From: Pseudomonadota bacterium
Lineage (GTDB): Bacteria > Desulfobacterota > Desulfobacteria > Desulfobacterales > JBDRRP01
Length of the DNA stretch: 64,000 nucleotides
Reading direction: 5' to 3'
Assembly (NCBI GenBank): GCA_043825735.1
Contig: JBDRRP010000121.1
Location: forward strand, 1-64,000
Made by a program: the position numbers and the translations under genes. The notes under the pieces are model-generated. The model searched no databases and was not told the origin of the DNA. It worked only from the letters and a program-made list of their open reading frames with translations. The number at the start of each line of letters is the position of its first letter. The first letter of the stretch is position 1. This document shows positions 9,321 through 19,518 of this stretch, in pieces.

Positions 9321-11564
9321 ATGAAGAAAATCTTTCGTCTCAATCCCTATAAAATCTCGTTCCTCATCACCGTCATCGGTCTTATCGGATATCTCGTGGG
9401 TCTGCCGATTTTGGATCTCATGGAACTCAAGACCATCGATCTGAGATTCCGTTTCCGGGGCAACATTACGGCGAGCCCCGACGTGGCGCTGGCTGTGATC
9501 GACGAAAAGAGCGTCAACGAGGAAGGCAAATGGGTCTGGCCCCGGTCAAAAATCGCCGCCCTCATCGACAAGCTGGATGCTTCCGGCGCCCGTGTCATCG
9601 GTTTTGATATCGGCTTTCTCGAACCTGACGACCAGCGCGTCGTCACTGCCTTGTCAAAGCTGGAAGCAGATCTTGCCACCCAGCAGCTGTCAAACGAGGC
9701 GATCGCCAAGATCGTCAGCGCTCTCAAAACGCAGACCGATGAAGACGCCCTGCTGGCGGAGGCCATCAAACGGTCCAAAGCAAAAATCGTACTCGGGTAC
9801 TTCTTCCACATGGGAGATGTCGATCTGAGGCACGTGGATGAGGCCACCATTCAGCAGCACACGGAAAACATCAAGGGCGGCAGCCACAAATTTGTTCGAT
9901 ATGCCTCCGCCGAAGCCCAGCGCGCCCCGCTCATCGCGGCTCAAATGCCCCAGTCCAACATCGCCCCGCTGGCTGCGGCGACACGCTACGCCGGATTCTT
10001 CAACATGATCCCCGACGAAGACGGCGTCGTCAGATGGATCCCAGCGGTGGTCAAGTTCCGCGACACGCTCTACGCGCCGTTGTCTTTCATGGCCGCCAGT
10101 GCATACTGGGATGAGCCCCTGTCGGTTTCCGTGGCCGATACCGGCGTTGAATCCGTCAATATCGGCATCCGTTCGGCACCCACCGATGAATACGGGCGCG
10201 TTCTCATCAACTACCACGGCCCCCAGGAAACCTTTCCCCACCTGTCCATCACGGATATTCTTCACGACCAGATCCCCAGGGAGGCCATCGAAAACCGCAT
10301 CATTCTGGTGGGGGCGACAGCGGTCGGCATCTACGACCTCAGGGTCACGCCCTTTGGCAACGTATTTCCCGGGCTTGAAGTACACGCCAACATGGTCAGC
10401 AGCATTCTCGAATCCGATTACCTGCATAAGCCGGGCTGGGGAGCCATCTTTGACATCATGGGCATGGTGAGCTGCGGCTTTTTGCTGGGATTCATTCTCG
10501 CCAGAACCGGTGTTATCGCGGGTGGGGTTGCGGCCGGTGTTTTCATGACGATCTATATCCTCGTTTGCCTGTATCTGTTCAGCAGCCGTGGGCTGGTGGT
10601 AAACATGGTCTACCCGCTGACCGTGCTGCTGCTCACCTACAGCGCTATCACCGCCTACAAATACCTCACGGAAAGCCAGCAGAAGAAATTCATCAAAGAC
10701 GCCTTCTCCACCTACATGGCACCGGCAGTGGTCAAGCAGCTCATCGACTCTCCCGAATCGCTGGTGCTTGGCGGCGAGGAACGCGAGATCACCGCCTTCT
10801 TTTCAGACGTGCAGGGGTTCACCAGCATCTCCGAAAGCCTCACGCCGGCCGAACTGGTGGAACTGCTCAATGAGTTTCTCACCGAGATGACCGATGTCAT
10901 CCTGGCGCACGAAGGCACGGTGGATAAATTTGAAGGCGACGCCATCATCGCCTTCTTCGGAGCGCCGAACGTCATGGAAAACCATGCGGAAGTGGCATGC
11001 ATGTCATGCATCGACATGCAGTTGCGGCTTGAAAAACTGCGCCGCAAATGGCGCAGCGAAGGCAAACCGGAGCTGCACATGCGCATCGGTCTGGCCTCCG
11101 GCCTTGCCGTAGTGGGAAACATGGGGTCCAAAAATCGGATGGACTACACCATGATGGGCGATACCGTCAACACGGCCGCGCGCCTGGAAGGCGTCAATAA
11201 AGTCTACGGCATCTACACCCTCATCAGCGACGCCACGCGGCAAGCCGCCGGCGACATCATCGTCACCCGCGAAATCGATGCCATCAACGTCGTTGGAAAG
11301 GGATTGCCCATCACCATTTACGAAATCCTGGGCTACTCCGGCAATACCGATGCGCAACTGCTCCAGGTGGCCGACGAGTATTCGCTGGGTCTGGCCGCCT
11401 ACCGGCAACGGGACTGGAACCGGGCCATCATCCATTTTAACAAGGCGCTGAGCATCGCCCCCGCAGACGGTCCCAGCAAGACGCTGCTCAAGCGTTGCAA
11501 TGAATTCAAGCAATCGCCGCCGACCCCCGACTGGAATGGCGCATTTGCAATGACACACAAGTAG
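9321..11564 (+). CDS. CHASE2-domain membrane adenylate cyclase (class III) with C-terminal TPR-like helix pair
   Basis: N-terminal TM; CHASE2 motifs (VIDEKS..GKWVWPR, DEDGVVR, PGLEVHAN); 3 TM; FSDVQGFT, DKFEGDAI, DYTMMGDTVNTAARLEG. Confidence 0.93.
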   Translation: MKKIFRLNPYKISFLITVIGLIGYLVGLPILDLMELKTIDLRFRFRGNITASPDVALAVIDEKSVNEEGKWVWPRSKIAALIDKLDASGARVIGFDIGFLEPDDQRVVTALSKLEADLATQQLSNEAIAKIVSALKTQTDEDALLAEAIKRSKAKIVLGYFFHMGDVDLRHVDEATIQQHTENIKGGSHKFVRYASAEAQRAPLIAAQMPQSNIAPLAAATRYAGFFNMIPDEDGVVRWIPAVVKFRDTLYAPLSFMAASAYWDEPLSVSVADTGVESVNIGIRSAPTDEYGRVLINYHGPQETFPHLSITDILHDQIPREAIENRIILVGATAVGIYDLRVTPFGNVFPGLEVHANMVSSILESDYLHKPGWGAIFDIMGMVSCGFLLGFILARTGVIAGGVAAGVFMTIYILVCLYLFSSRGLVVNMVYPLTVLLLTYSAITAYKYLTESQQKKFIKDAFSTYMAPAVVKQLIDSPESLVLGGEEREITAFFSDVQGFTSISESLTPAELVELLNEFLTEMTDVILAHEGTVDKFEGDAIIAFFGAPNVMENHAEVACMSCIDMQLRLEKLRRKWRSEGKPELHMRIGLASGLAVVGNMGSKNRMDYTMMGDTVNTAARLEGVNKVYGIYTLISDATRQAAGDIIVTREIDAINVVGKGLPITIYEILGYSGNTDAQLLQVADEYSLGLAAYRQRDWNRAIIHFNKALSIAPADGPSKTLLKRCNEFKQSPPTPDWNGAFAMTHK

Positions 11565-11618
11565 AAAAACGCTTGTTCAAAAAGTTCAAATTGACATTAT
11601 CTGAACCATTGAATTGGT

Positions 11619-11703
11619 TACCACAAAGAACACGAAGTTCACGAAGAAAAGTATTAATAATGGGTTGCAAAAATCTTCGTGCGCTTGGGTAACTTTGTGG
11701 TGA
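11619..11703. repeat. Inverted 9-nt-period arms around an AT-rich spacer
   Basis: ACCACAAAGAACACGAAGTTCACGAAG ... CTTCGTGCGCTTGGGTAACTTTGTGGT. Confidence 0.8.
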
Positions 11704-11738
11704 TCAAAACGCGGCCAGCCTCGCAAAGGATTGAAGTC

Positions 11739-14279
11739 ATGGGGATATTCAAACGGCATCCGATGGTCGTTACCGGCATGAGCATTACCGTATTGTTTTT
11801 GCTGCTCAACATCGTCCGGGTCGGTTTTCTCGACACGCTTGAGCTCAAGTTCTACGATATCCGGATGAATCTGAGGACATCACCGGACAGCGAGAGCCAC
11901 ATTGTCATCGTGGACATCGATGACGACTCCATCGAAAAACTCGGCCGGTGGCCGTGGCCCCGAAACATCATCGCCCGGGGCGTGGAAAAAATTAATGAGG
12001 GAAAGCCCAAGGTCATCGGCCTCAACCTGATCCTCAGCGAGGCTGAACGCAGCCCCGGGCTCGGGCCTTTACAACAACTCCAGGAACAATTCACCGCATC
12101 CCTGCTGGGACTTACCGGCGAAGACGGCCAGCGGTTTATCGCCGCCATCCAGAACCACATTCAGCAATTGGACAATGACCGCATCCTGGCCAGTGCCATC
12201 GGCGCATCGGGGAATGTGGTTCTGCCCGTCTATTTCAAATCGGGTGTTTCCGGCAGCAGTCTCTCTGCCGAGGATGCCGCGCTGTTGAAAAACCAGATCA
12301 TCACCCAGATCATCGATCCCACCGGCTATGGTCTTCCCCAAGCCAGCGATGTGGTTCTACCGACGGTGGCGTTCTTCTCAGCGGCCAGCGGCATCGGTCA
12401 CATCAACCTGGCTTACGACATGGACGGCACGGCCCGCAGGGAACTTCTCCTTTACGACTACAACGGCATGGTGGTTCCCGCCTACACGCTGCGCCTGGCT
12501 TGCCAGTTTCTCAACGTCAATATCAAAAACGTCAGCGCGGAGTTGGGAAGTCACATTAAGGCCGGCACCAACATCCTTCCGCTCACTCCCCAGTCCTCGT
12601 TTCTGGTGAGCTTCAAAGGGCCTCGGGGATCTTTCAAGCGGTATGCCTACTTCGATGTGATCAACGACAAGATCCCCCTGCAGGTCTTCCGCAACAAGCT
12701 CGTTCTGGTGAGCGCCTCGGCATCGGGAATCATGAATCCGCTCAGCACCCCCACCGATTCCACCATGCCCTACGGAGAGTTCTCGGCCCACACCATCTGG
12801 TCCATCCTCAACCGGCAATACATCAGCGAGCCCCAGTGGGGCCGCACTGCCGAGCTGATCATGATCCTGGTGATCGGGCTGATTATCACATTCGTGCTGC
12901 CGCGGATGAAAGCGATACTCGCCGGTATCGTCTTCTGGGTGCTGGCCCTGGGGCTGGTGGGCGGCGCCACCGCGCTTTTCGTGGCAGAAGGGATATGGGT
13001 GGGCATGACCTACCCGCTGCTTCAGCTCATTTTGGGCTATATCGGTGTATTGAGCATCAAATACTTCGTCACCGAAACCGGCAAGGAAAAGATGGAAGGC
13101 GAGTCGGCTGAAACCAACCGTATGCTGGGCCTCAGCTTCCAGAACCAGGGCATGCTCGATATGGCCTTTGACAAGTTTCGCCGGGTACCGGTGGACGATC
13201 AGGTGAAAGACCTGCTCTACAACCTGGCGCTGGACTATGAACGAAAGCGCCAACTCAACAAGGCGGCGAGCGTATTTGAATACATCGAAAGTCACGACCC
13301 CAAATTCAAGGACGCGGCAGGTCGCAAGCGAAAGCTCATGCAGGCCAGTGAAACCATGGTCTTTGGCGAAGGGGGGCTCGGCGGCGGCGGCGGTGGAGAC
13401 GGTCTTCTGGCGACCGGAACCGACACCCGTCCAACACTGGGCCGATACGAAATTATTAAGCAACTCGGCAAGGGGGCCATGGGGATCGTCTATCTGGGCC
13501 AGGACCCGCGCATCAACCGCACCACGGCGATCAAGACCTTCCGTTTCGGTGAAGACTTCAGCCCCGAAGAGGCCGAAAAGCTCAAAGAAAAATTTTTCAG
13601 AGAGGCCGAAAGCGCCGGGACCTTGTCCCACCCCAACATCGTCACCATCTATGATGCCGGCGATGAGCAGGATCTTGCCTATATCGCCATGGAGTTTTTA
13701 GAAGGTACCGATCTCGAAGCCCACACCAAGAAGGGTAGCCTTTTGCCAATCCGGCAGGTCATCGACCACGTGGGCAATGTCGCCGACGCACTCGGCTACG
13801 CCCACGACAAGGGTGTCGTTCACCGGGACATCAAGCCCGCCAACATCATGCTGCTGAAAACCGGGGTGGTCAAAATCACCGACTTCGGCATCGCCCGGAT
13901 CACCGCCACCTCACAGACGCAGACCGGCGTTGTGAAAGGGACCCCTTACTACATGTCGCCCGAGCAGTTTTCAGGAGAAAAGGTCGACGGCCGCTCAGAC
14001 ATCTTCTCCCTGGGCACCATGCTCTTCCAGATGCTGACCGGTGAGCTGCCTTTCCGGGCCGACAGTCCGCCGGCCCTCATGCACCAGATCATGAATGTCA
14101 AACACCCGGATCCGAGAACGCTGAACCCGAAGATTGTCAAGCCGCTGGTTACCATCATCGACAAGGCACTGGAAAAGGATCGGGCCAAACGCTACCAGAA
14201 AGCCGCCCAGATGGGCGCGCACCTCAAGGAACTGGGCAGACGCATCGATGCGGTGGTGGCTAAGAAAAAAATTGATTAA
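11739..14279 (+). CDS. CHASE2-domain membrane Hanks-type Ser/Thr protein kinase
   Basis: CHASE2 (IVDIDDDSIEKLGRWPWPR), 3 TM, TPR-like segment, kinase GKGAMGIVY, AIK, HRDIKPAN, DFG, GTPYYMSPE; ATG 11739 preferred. Confidence 0.93.
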   Translation: MGIFKRHPMVVTGMSITVLFLLLNIVRVGFLDTLELKFYDIRMNLRTSPDSESHIVIVDIDDDSIEKLGRWPWPRNIIARGVEKINEGKPKVIGLNLILSEAERSPGLGPLQQLQEQFTASLLGLTGEDGQRFIAAIQNHIQQLDNDRILASAIGASGNVVLPVYFKSGVSGSSLSAEDAALLKNQIITQIIDPTGYGLPQASDVVLPTVAFFSAASGIGHINLAYDMDGTARRELLLYDYNGMVVPAYTLRLACQFLNVNIKNVSAELGSHIKAGTNILPLTPQSSFLVSFKGPRGSFKRYAYFDVINDKIPLQVFRNKLVLVSASASGIMNPLSTPTDSTMPYGEFSAHTIWSILNRQYISEPQWGRTAELIMILVIGLIITFVLPRMKAILAGIVFWVLALGLVGGATALFVAEGIWVGMTYPLLQLILGYIGVLSIKYFVTETGKEKMEGESAETNRMLGLSFQNQGMLDMAFDKFRRVPVDDQVKDLLYNLALDYERKRQLNKAASVFEYIESHDPKFKDAAGRKRKLMQASETMVFGEGGLGGGGGGDGLLATGTDTRPTLGRYEIIKQLGKGAMGIVYLGQDPRINRTTAIKTFRFGEDFSPEEAEKLKEKFFREAESAGTLSHPNIVTIYDAGDEQDLAYIAMEFLEGTDLEAHTKKGSLLPIRQVIDHVGNVADALGYAHDKGVVHRDIKPANIMLLKTGVVKITDFGIARITATSQTQTGVVKGTPYYMSPEQFSGEKVDGRSDIFSLGTMLFQMLTGELPFRADSPPALMHQIMNVKHPDPRTLNPKIVKPLVTIIDKALEKDRAKRYQKAAQMGAHLKELGRRIDAVVAKKKID

Positions 14280-14312
14280 GACAATCAGTGGGTTAGAACC
14301 CTATCGCGGATC

Positions 14313-14341
14313 TTGACCCGCCCAATTGAATTGTGTATACA
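14313..14341 (+). promoter_or_regulatory. Putative internal sigma70 promoter upstream of the PP2C/FHA genes
   Basis: TTGACC-17 nt-TATACA. Confidence 0.3.
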
Positions 14342-14441
14342 TTCATGATTGCCGTTAAATGCTGCCATCGGCGCGCACGCGGTGTTTCCCCCTGCCGGTC
14401 GACGCTTTTACGGATTTCGGATTGATGACGGAGACGTGCTT

Positions 14442-15272
14442 ATGTTTGTCGTCGAGTCTGCCGGCATGACCGATGTGGGCAGAAAACGCAAAAACAACGA
14501 AGATGCGCTTTTCATCGATGACAAGCAGAATCTGTACGTCGTTGCCGACGGCATGGGAGGCCACCGCGCCGGCGAAGTGGCCAGTATGATCGTCATCGAC
14601 ACCATCCGTGAGTTCATGCAACGACCAGTTGACGCTGACGCAGCGGAAGATCTTCCACTTCCGGACGACACGCTGTCGGCAGAAGCAAACAGGCTGGTTG
14701 CAAGCATCCAAATGGCCAATCTGGAAGTTCACGAAACGGCCAGGAGCAAAGAAGTATTCAACGGGATGGGCTCGACTGTCTCGGCAATCATGTTTTCCGA
14801 TGAGGCCATGATTGCCGCCAATGTCGGTGACAGTCCCATTTACCTGATCCATAATGGCAAGATTGAACGGCTCTCGGTGCCCCATAATGTCATTACCGAG
14901 CAGGCGGCCATTGATCCTGACGCCGCTCAGAAAATCGGAAAAGCCTTCGGGCACATGCTGACGCGTGCCATGGGGCTGACCGAAACGGTCCAGGCCGATG
15001 TCTCTGAAATCCCTGTATTCAGAGGGGATAAGATCGTCATCAGCTCCGACGGACTCAGCGACAAGGTGAGTCCTGAAGAAATCCTTGAAGTCATGTCAGG
15101 CAGTAGCGTTCAAGAGGCATGCCGCACACTGGTCCAAATGGCCAACGACAGGGGCGGTGACGATAATGTGACGGTCATCACGTTACATGTAAACGCTGTG
15201 TCGCACAGCGACAGCGGCCTCGCCGGATGGATGGTTCGAATTTTTTCGCCGCTGAAAAAGTTATTTTCCTAA
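14442..15272 (+). CDS. PP2C/PPM family Ser/Thr phosphatase (Stp1/PrpC-like)
   Basis: TDVGRKRKNNED, VADGMGGHRAGEVAS, GMGST, NVGDS, SSDGL, GGDDNVT. Confidence 0.95.
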   Translation: MFVVESAGMTDVGRKRKNNEDALFIDDKQNLYVVADGMGGHRAGEVASMIVIDTIREFMQRPVDADAAEDLPLPDDTLSAEANRLVASIQMANLEVHETARSKEVFNGMGSTVSAIMFSDEAMIAANVGDSPIYLIHNGKIERLSVPHNVITEQAAIDPDAAQKIGKAFGHMLTRAMGLTETVQADVSEIPVFRGDKIVISSDGLSDKVSPEEILEVMSGSSVQEACRTLVQMANDRGGDDNVTVITLHVNAVSHSDSGLAGWMVRIFSPLKKLFS

Positions 15273-15287
15273 TAATGAGGTCATAAC

Positions 15288-15986
15288 ATGCCGATCATCA
15301 CTTTAAAGTTCAAAGACAACGTCCTTGGCGAATACCGCATCGGAGAGGGAAAATCGCTGACCATCGGCAGAAAGGATAGCAACGATATCCCTATTGAAAA
15401 CCTGGCGGTTTCCGGCCACCACGCTAAAATCGACGCTGTCGGCGACGGCTACCTGCTCACCGATCTCAAGAGCAAAAACGGCAGCTTCGTCAACAAGACC
15501 CTGGCCTCATCCCACTGGCTCCAGGAAGGCGATGTCATCCTCATTGGCAAGCACACCCTGGTGTTCTCCTATGCCGAAGGCGAGGATCGCCCCGCCCAGG
15601 TCCAGAACATGGACCAGACAATGGTCATGGACACCGACAAATACCGTGAGATGCTGGCCAAGGCGGCGCCTGCCAATGGGCAGGCCAAAAAGGCCGCCAT
15701 CGGCGTGCTCTCCTACCTGTCCGGCGGTGAAGGCGAGGTGGAACTCGTCAAGAAACTGATCAAGATCGGCAAAAACAGCGCCAACGACATCGTCGTGGGA
15801 GGGCTCATGATGGGCCAGACGGCAGCCACCATCAGCAAGCGGCCCAACGGCTACTCGCTGGCCTATGTCGAAGGCATGACCAAACCCAAGGTCAACGGCG
15901 AAGTGGTGAAGGAATCGGTCATGCTCAAGGAATTTGACAACATCGAAATCGGTTCGGTCAAGTTCCAGTTTTTTATCAAGTCCTGA
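15288..15986 (+). CDS. Double FHA-domain protein
   Basis: FHA1: IGR..NDI....AVSGHHA...DLKSKNGSFVN; linker with DQTMVM; second degenerate FHA (IGKNSANDI...KVNG...DNIEIG). Confidence 0.9.
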   Translation: MPIITLKFKDNVLGEYRIGEGKSLTIGRKDSNDIPIENLAVSGHHAKIDAVGDGYLLTDLKSKNGSFVNKTLASSHWLQEGDVILIGKHTLVFSYAEGEDRPAQVQNMDQTMVMDTDKYREMLAKAAPANGQAKKAAIGVLSYLSGGEGEVELVKKLIKIGKNSANDIVVGGLMMGQTAATISKRPNGYSLAYVEGMTKPKVNGEVVKESVMLKEFDNIEIGSVKFQFFIKS

Positions 15987-16009
15987 CCACCACTTTACTA
16001 AATACCACC

Positions 16010-16047
16010 ACCGGCAGGGGGAACAGTTCCGCTGCCGGTTCTTTTTG
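16010..16047 (+). terminator. Rho-independent terminator between the convergent operons
   Basis: Stem ACCGGCAGGGGGAAC/GTTCCGCTGCCGGT followed by TCTTTTT. Confidence 0.7.
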
Positions 16048-16056
16048 TCAGCCGCG

Positions 16057-17904
16057 TCAAGGGGGCGGTGCCGGCAGAGCAGGCAGTGTCGTTGGCATGG
16101 CCGGTGTGGTGGGCGTTCCGTTTTTATCTCCGGCGAAAATCCCCACGGCGGCATTATTGCCGCCGCCTTTATCCATGGCCCATGCCCCGCCGACATGCTC
16201 ACCGCCGGGTCCGAAAAGAGATCCTACCAAAGATTTGTACGCGACGGCGCCCCCGCCAATGGCCCAGGTGCCACCGGTGACGGTAAACTCACCGCTGGTG
16301 CCGATAAAACTGCCGGTACCGCCGCTAATACCGGCGGTTTTCGCGCCTCCGTCGCTGACACTCAAGTTGAAATTGGAGACGCTGTGGCTCGGGACGTTGA
16401 TGTCGCAGGAAAATGTCCCCACCATGTCCGTGCCGCCGGTGCCGCTCCAATAGGTGCCCCAGGCCTGCCCGCCATAGGTGCCCACGATACCGGCCGCAGC
16501 GGCATCGCTCGTGGGAATGCCGCTCATGTGGTAGCTGCGCTCGGTTACGGCATAGGACGGTGTGCCGGCCCCGCCGGGCTGAACCCACTTGGACATGCGC
16601 CAGAATCCCCACTCCATGTAGTCGTTTTTCCCCAGCATGTCATTCGTTGGGTAACCGGGTGAGTTCTCGGGGTTGTCCATCTGGCGACTGGTCCCCAGAT
16701 CTCCGGTATCGGCCGGTCCGCCGGCCAGGGTCTTGATCTGCTTGACGTAAGGCGTCGTCTCCAAGTCGCTGCTGGTGCCGAAGGCCGTTATAGAGCCGGC
16801 CCCATCAACAATGGACTTACCCATTACGCTGGTGCCGTCCATGTTGGTCCGCGTGCTGTTGGTATAGATGTCGGCCAGATTATATGTAGACGGCGGGCCG
16901 GGATTATAGCGCGTCAGCAATGCCGAGAAATAACCGTACTTCTTTCCGGCGATGACCGATTCCTGAATCACCTGGGTGGTCTGGTTCTGGGTAAAATCGG
17001 TGCCGCCCGACGCCAGTGCCTGTGTTGCGGCCGCCTCTTCGGTGGGCGATGTCGATGATTGCGGGGTTCCTGTGCCGCCGCCGTCCTGCTCCTGGGGCTC
17101 TGGGGCACCCTCGCCTTCTCCGGTTACCGAAACGTCTCCCAGAAACGCAGCTGCCGCGCCGGCCGGTGCTGCCCCCACCACGCCGGCTCCCTGCGCTGAG
17201 ACACCCAGCTGCTGGCCGGCCCCCACCTGGGTGGTGGTCCCGTCCGCCGTTGAGGTGACCGCCACGGTGCCATCGAATCCCAGTACGACGGTATCGGGCG
17301 GCGGCGGGGGGGCGGCAGGCCCGGCCCCCGGAGCGGGCGCACCGGCCGCCTGAGGAATGATTTCCACTCCGAATTTCGTCCCCCGGACCCCGCAGACGGC
17401 CGTGGGTGTCGCCACTTCGGCCTCTACCTGCCGGTATCGCAGCAGCCGCATCACATAAAAGACCGCCTTGCCCCGCAACATGCTGAACCGGGATCGCTTC
17501 CGGCTGTTTTTTCTTTCATCGAGCACCTGATCGATGCTGATCCGGCCGTCGATGCCCATGGTGATCACATCGTCGGTAACAAACCGCAGCCGGCAGCGGC
17601 CGTCGGCCAGCGTGTAGATCACGTCGCCGGCATACAGCGCATCGCCCTTTGCCGCGCGGTAGGCCCCGGCGCCGCGCGCATGGTCAACGACGACACTGCC
17701 GGACTGGCCGTGAATGATTCCCACCGGCTTGCCGCCGAGCGGGATGAAGGAATCCATTACCGTGCGATCGGTCAGCTCTGGCGGGAGATCGGCGGCACCG
17801 CTGAGATTCGGGAAAATGCATACTGCGGCTATTATCACTGCGGTCCACACGTTTCGCCAGGCGCGCACCGATTCTTTTTGCAAAAAGTATTGGCGGTTAT
17901 GCAT
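16057..17904 (-). CDS. Secreted FecR-domain protein with C-terminal transferrin-binding-protein-like (TbpB-type) beta-barrel
   Basis: Signal-like N-terminus; FecR motif GDVIYT..DGRCRL.F...TPTAVCGVRGTKF; Pro/Ala linker; C-terminal LVGSLFGPGGEHVGGAW...AVGIFAGDK. Confidence 0.8.
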   Translation of the reverse strand: MHNRQYFLQKESVRAWRNVWTAVIIAAVCIFPNLSGAADLPPELTDRTVMDSFIPLGGKPVGIIHGQSGSVVVDHARGAGAYRAAKGDALYAGDVIYTLADGRCRLRFVTDDVITMGIDGRISIDQVLDERKNSRKRSRFSMLRGKAVFYVMRLLRYRQVEAEVATPTAVCGVRGTKFGVEIIPQAAGAPAPGAGPAAPPPPPDTVVLGFDGTVAVTSTADGTTTQVGAGQQLGVSAQGAGVVGAAPAGAAAAFLGDVSVTGEGEGAPEPQEQDGGGTGTPQSSTSPTEEAAATQALASGGTDFTQNQTTQVIQESVIAGKKYGYFSALLTRYNPGPPSTYNLADIYTNSTRTNMDGTSVMGKSIVDGAGSITAFGTSSDLETTPYVKQIKTLAGGPADTGDLGTSRQMDNPENSPGYPTNDMLGKNDYMEWGFWRMSKWVQPGGAGTPSYAVTERSYHMSGIPTSDAAAAGIVGTYGGQAWGTYWSGTGGTDMVGTFSCDINVPSHSVSNFNLSVSDGGAKTAGISGGTGSFIGTSGEFTVTGGTWAIGGGAVAYKSLVGSLFGPGGEHVGGAWAMDKGGGNNAAVGIFAGDKNGTPTTPAMPTTLPALPAPPP

Positions 17905-17930
17905 CGTTAGGGTCTCCTGAAACGGTGGTG

Positions 17931-19361
17931 TTAAAATTGAAAACCGACATTCACCGTATGGGTGGTTTTGTCCCAGGCATAAAGGGCCAAATCGGAGTTG
18001 TTGTCCGTGTAGGCGAAGACATACGATAGAAACCAGTGTTTGAAAAACGGCTGACTCAGGGCAGCGGTGTAATAGTGGCGCGTATCATGCCGCTCTAGAC
18101 CGTTATAGGGGAATCCCTGGGCAGTCGTATAGTTGCGCTTGGCCCACTGGTAGGCTGCGTAAATCTCCGTTCGCGTGGGCCACTGGGCAAACAGGCTGAG
18201 CCCGGCCACCGGTGCCGTGTAGGCATAGGTCTCATCGACCGTCTTCACGTGGTCGTAGCCGATGTCCGCGCTGATCACGACCTGCCGGTCCATCAGATAC
18301 AGCGTCGGCGTCAGGTTAACAAAATGACGGGTACTGTTAAGGCTGTCTGCACGGGCGTCTTCAAAAAACCGCTCCTGCTGGTAGACATAACTCCCTCGAA
18401 GACTGAATTGGGGCGCGAAAAAGATTTCATAACTGGGATCCACGTGAAGGATATAGGAGAGTCTTTCGCTGCCGTATTCGGTATAGGTATAGCCGAAAGG
18501 CACTTTGAGGATGCTTTTTTCGCTCGCCCACCAAGGGCCCGTATTGATATCCACGGCTGAATAGTTGAACATGCCGTAGTCTTTGTAGCCTTTGGCGTAA
18601 AGGTTCAGTGCGCTGTTCCAGAGCAGCCCCTTGGGGGCTCCCAGGTCATAGGCGATATTGCCCATCACCTGGGCCACGGTGGCCTGATCCGAGAGCTTGG
18701 CCGACGTCGCGGCCGGTGAAAAGGAGGTGCCGCCGGGCAGCGAGTAGACACCGGGATCAGGCCCCGAACTGATATTGTCGTCCCACATATAGCCAAGGGT
18801 GCCACGGATATTGCCGAACCAGCGACGGGTCCGCTCGTCAATGGCCTGGAGCATGCGATCGACGTTTTCGCGCACGCTGCCCGGCAGATCGGCGAACCGA
18901 ACTTTTTCCAGTTCGGATTTCGAGGCGTCGTAACGGCCCTGCTTGAAATAGAGCGTGGCCAGTTCCAGGCGCACCCGGTGCAGCGCCGGATCCAATTGGA
19001 GCATCTTTGTAAATTCCGCCTCCGCCAGTGCCGGATCCCCGGCATTGGCCGCGCTCGTCCCCAGCCAGAACATCACGTCCATGGTGGCGACCTTGTCGGC
19101 GATTTCCCTGAATATGGGCAGTGCCAGCGAAAATTTGCGATCATAGTACAGCGTCAAGGCGTGGGCCAGCAAGGCATCGAGGTTCTGCACTTCATCGGGC
19201 GTCATTTTCTTGAGCGTTTCAACGGCTTCGAGGTTGACCCGCTCTGTGCTCCCGAAATCACCGGTCACCGTTTCCGCGGATGCGACGCCAACAAGCACCC
19301 CCACCAACAGCGCCGCTGTCAGTACCGTCCCCGATTTGCGCAACCACGCCATCGATCTCAC
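17931..19361 (-). CDS. TPR plus outer-membrane beta-barrel protein (Slam/DUF560-like)
   Basis: Signal peptide, TPR helices (FWLGTSA.., RVRLELATLY), GYMWDDNI first-strand motif, aromatic-rich strands, C-terminal beta-signal VNVGFQF. Confidence 0.8.
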   Translation of the reverse strand: MRSMAWLRKSGTVLTAALLVGVLVGVASAETVTGDFGSTERVNLEAVETLKKMTPDEVQNLDALLAHALTLYYDRKFSLALPIFREIADKVATMDVMFWLGTSAANAGDPALAEAEFTKMLQLDPALHRVRLELATLYFKQGRYDASKSELEKVRFADLPGSVRENVDRMLQAIDERTRRWFGNIRGTLGYMWDDNISSGPDPGVYSLPGGTSFSPAATSAKLSDQATVAQVMGNIAYDLGAPKGLLWNSALNLYAKGYKDYGMFNYSAVDINTGPWWASEKSILKVPFGYTYTEYGSERLSYILHVDPSYEIFFAPQFSLRGSYVYQQERFFEDARADSLNSTRHFVNLTPTLYLMDRQVVISADIGYDHVKTVDETYAYTAPVAGLSLFAQWPTRTEIYAAYQWAKRNYTTAQGFPYNGLERHDTRHYYTAALSQPFFKHWFLSYVFAYTDNNSDLALYAWDKTTHTVNVGFQF

Positions 19362-19518
19362 CTTTTCCCCTCCATGGATTGAAAATTCTCCGCAGCCGCC
19401 TCAATGTCATTTTGAAATGTGCGCCAGCGTTCTATGGCAGGTTAGTGAACTCTCGCAGTGCCGTCAAGCGACTTTGCTCCCATTCATCGTCAGGTTCACT
19501 CGCGCCCCCGTTCTCAGC

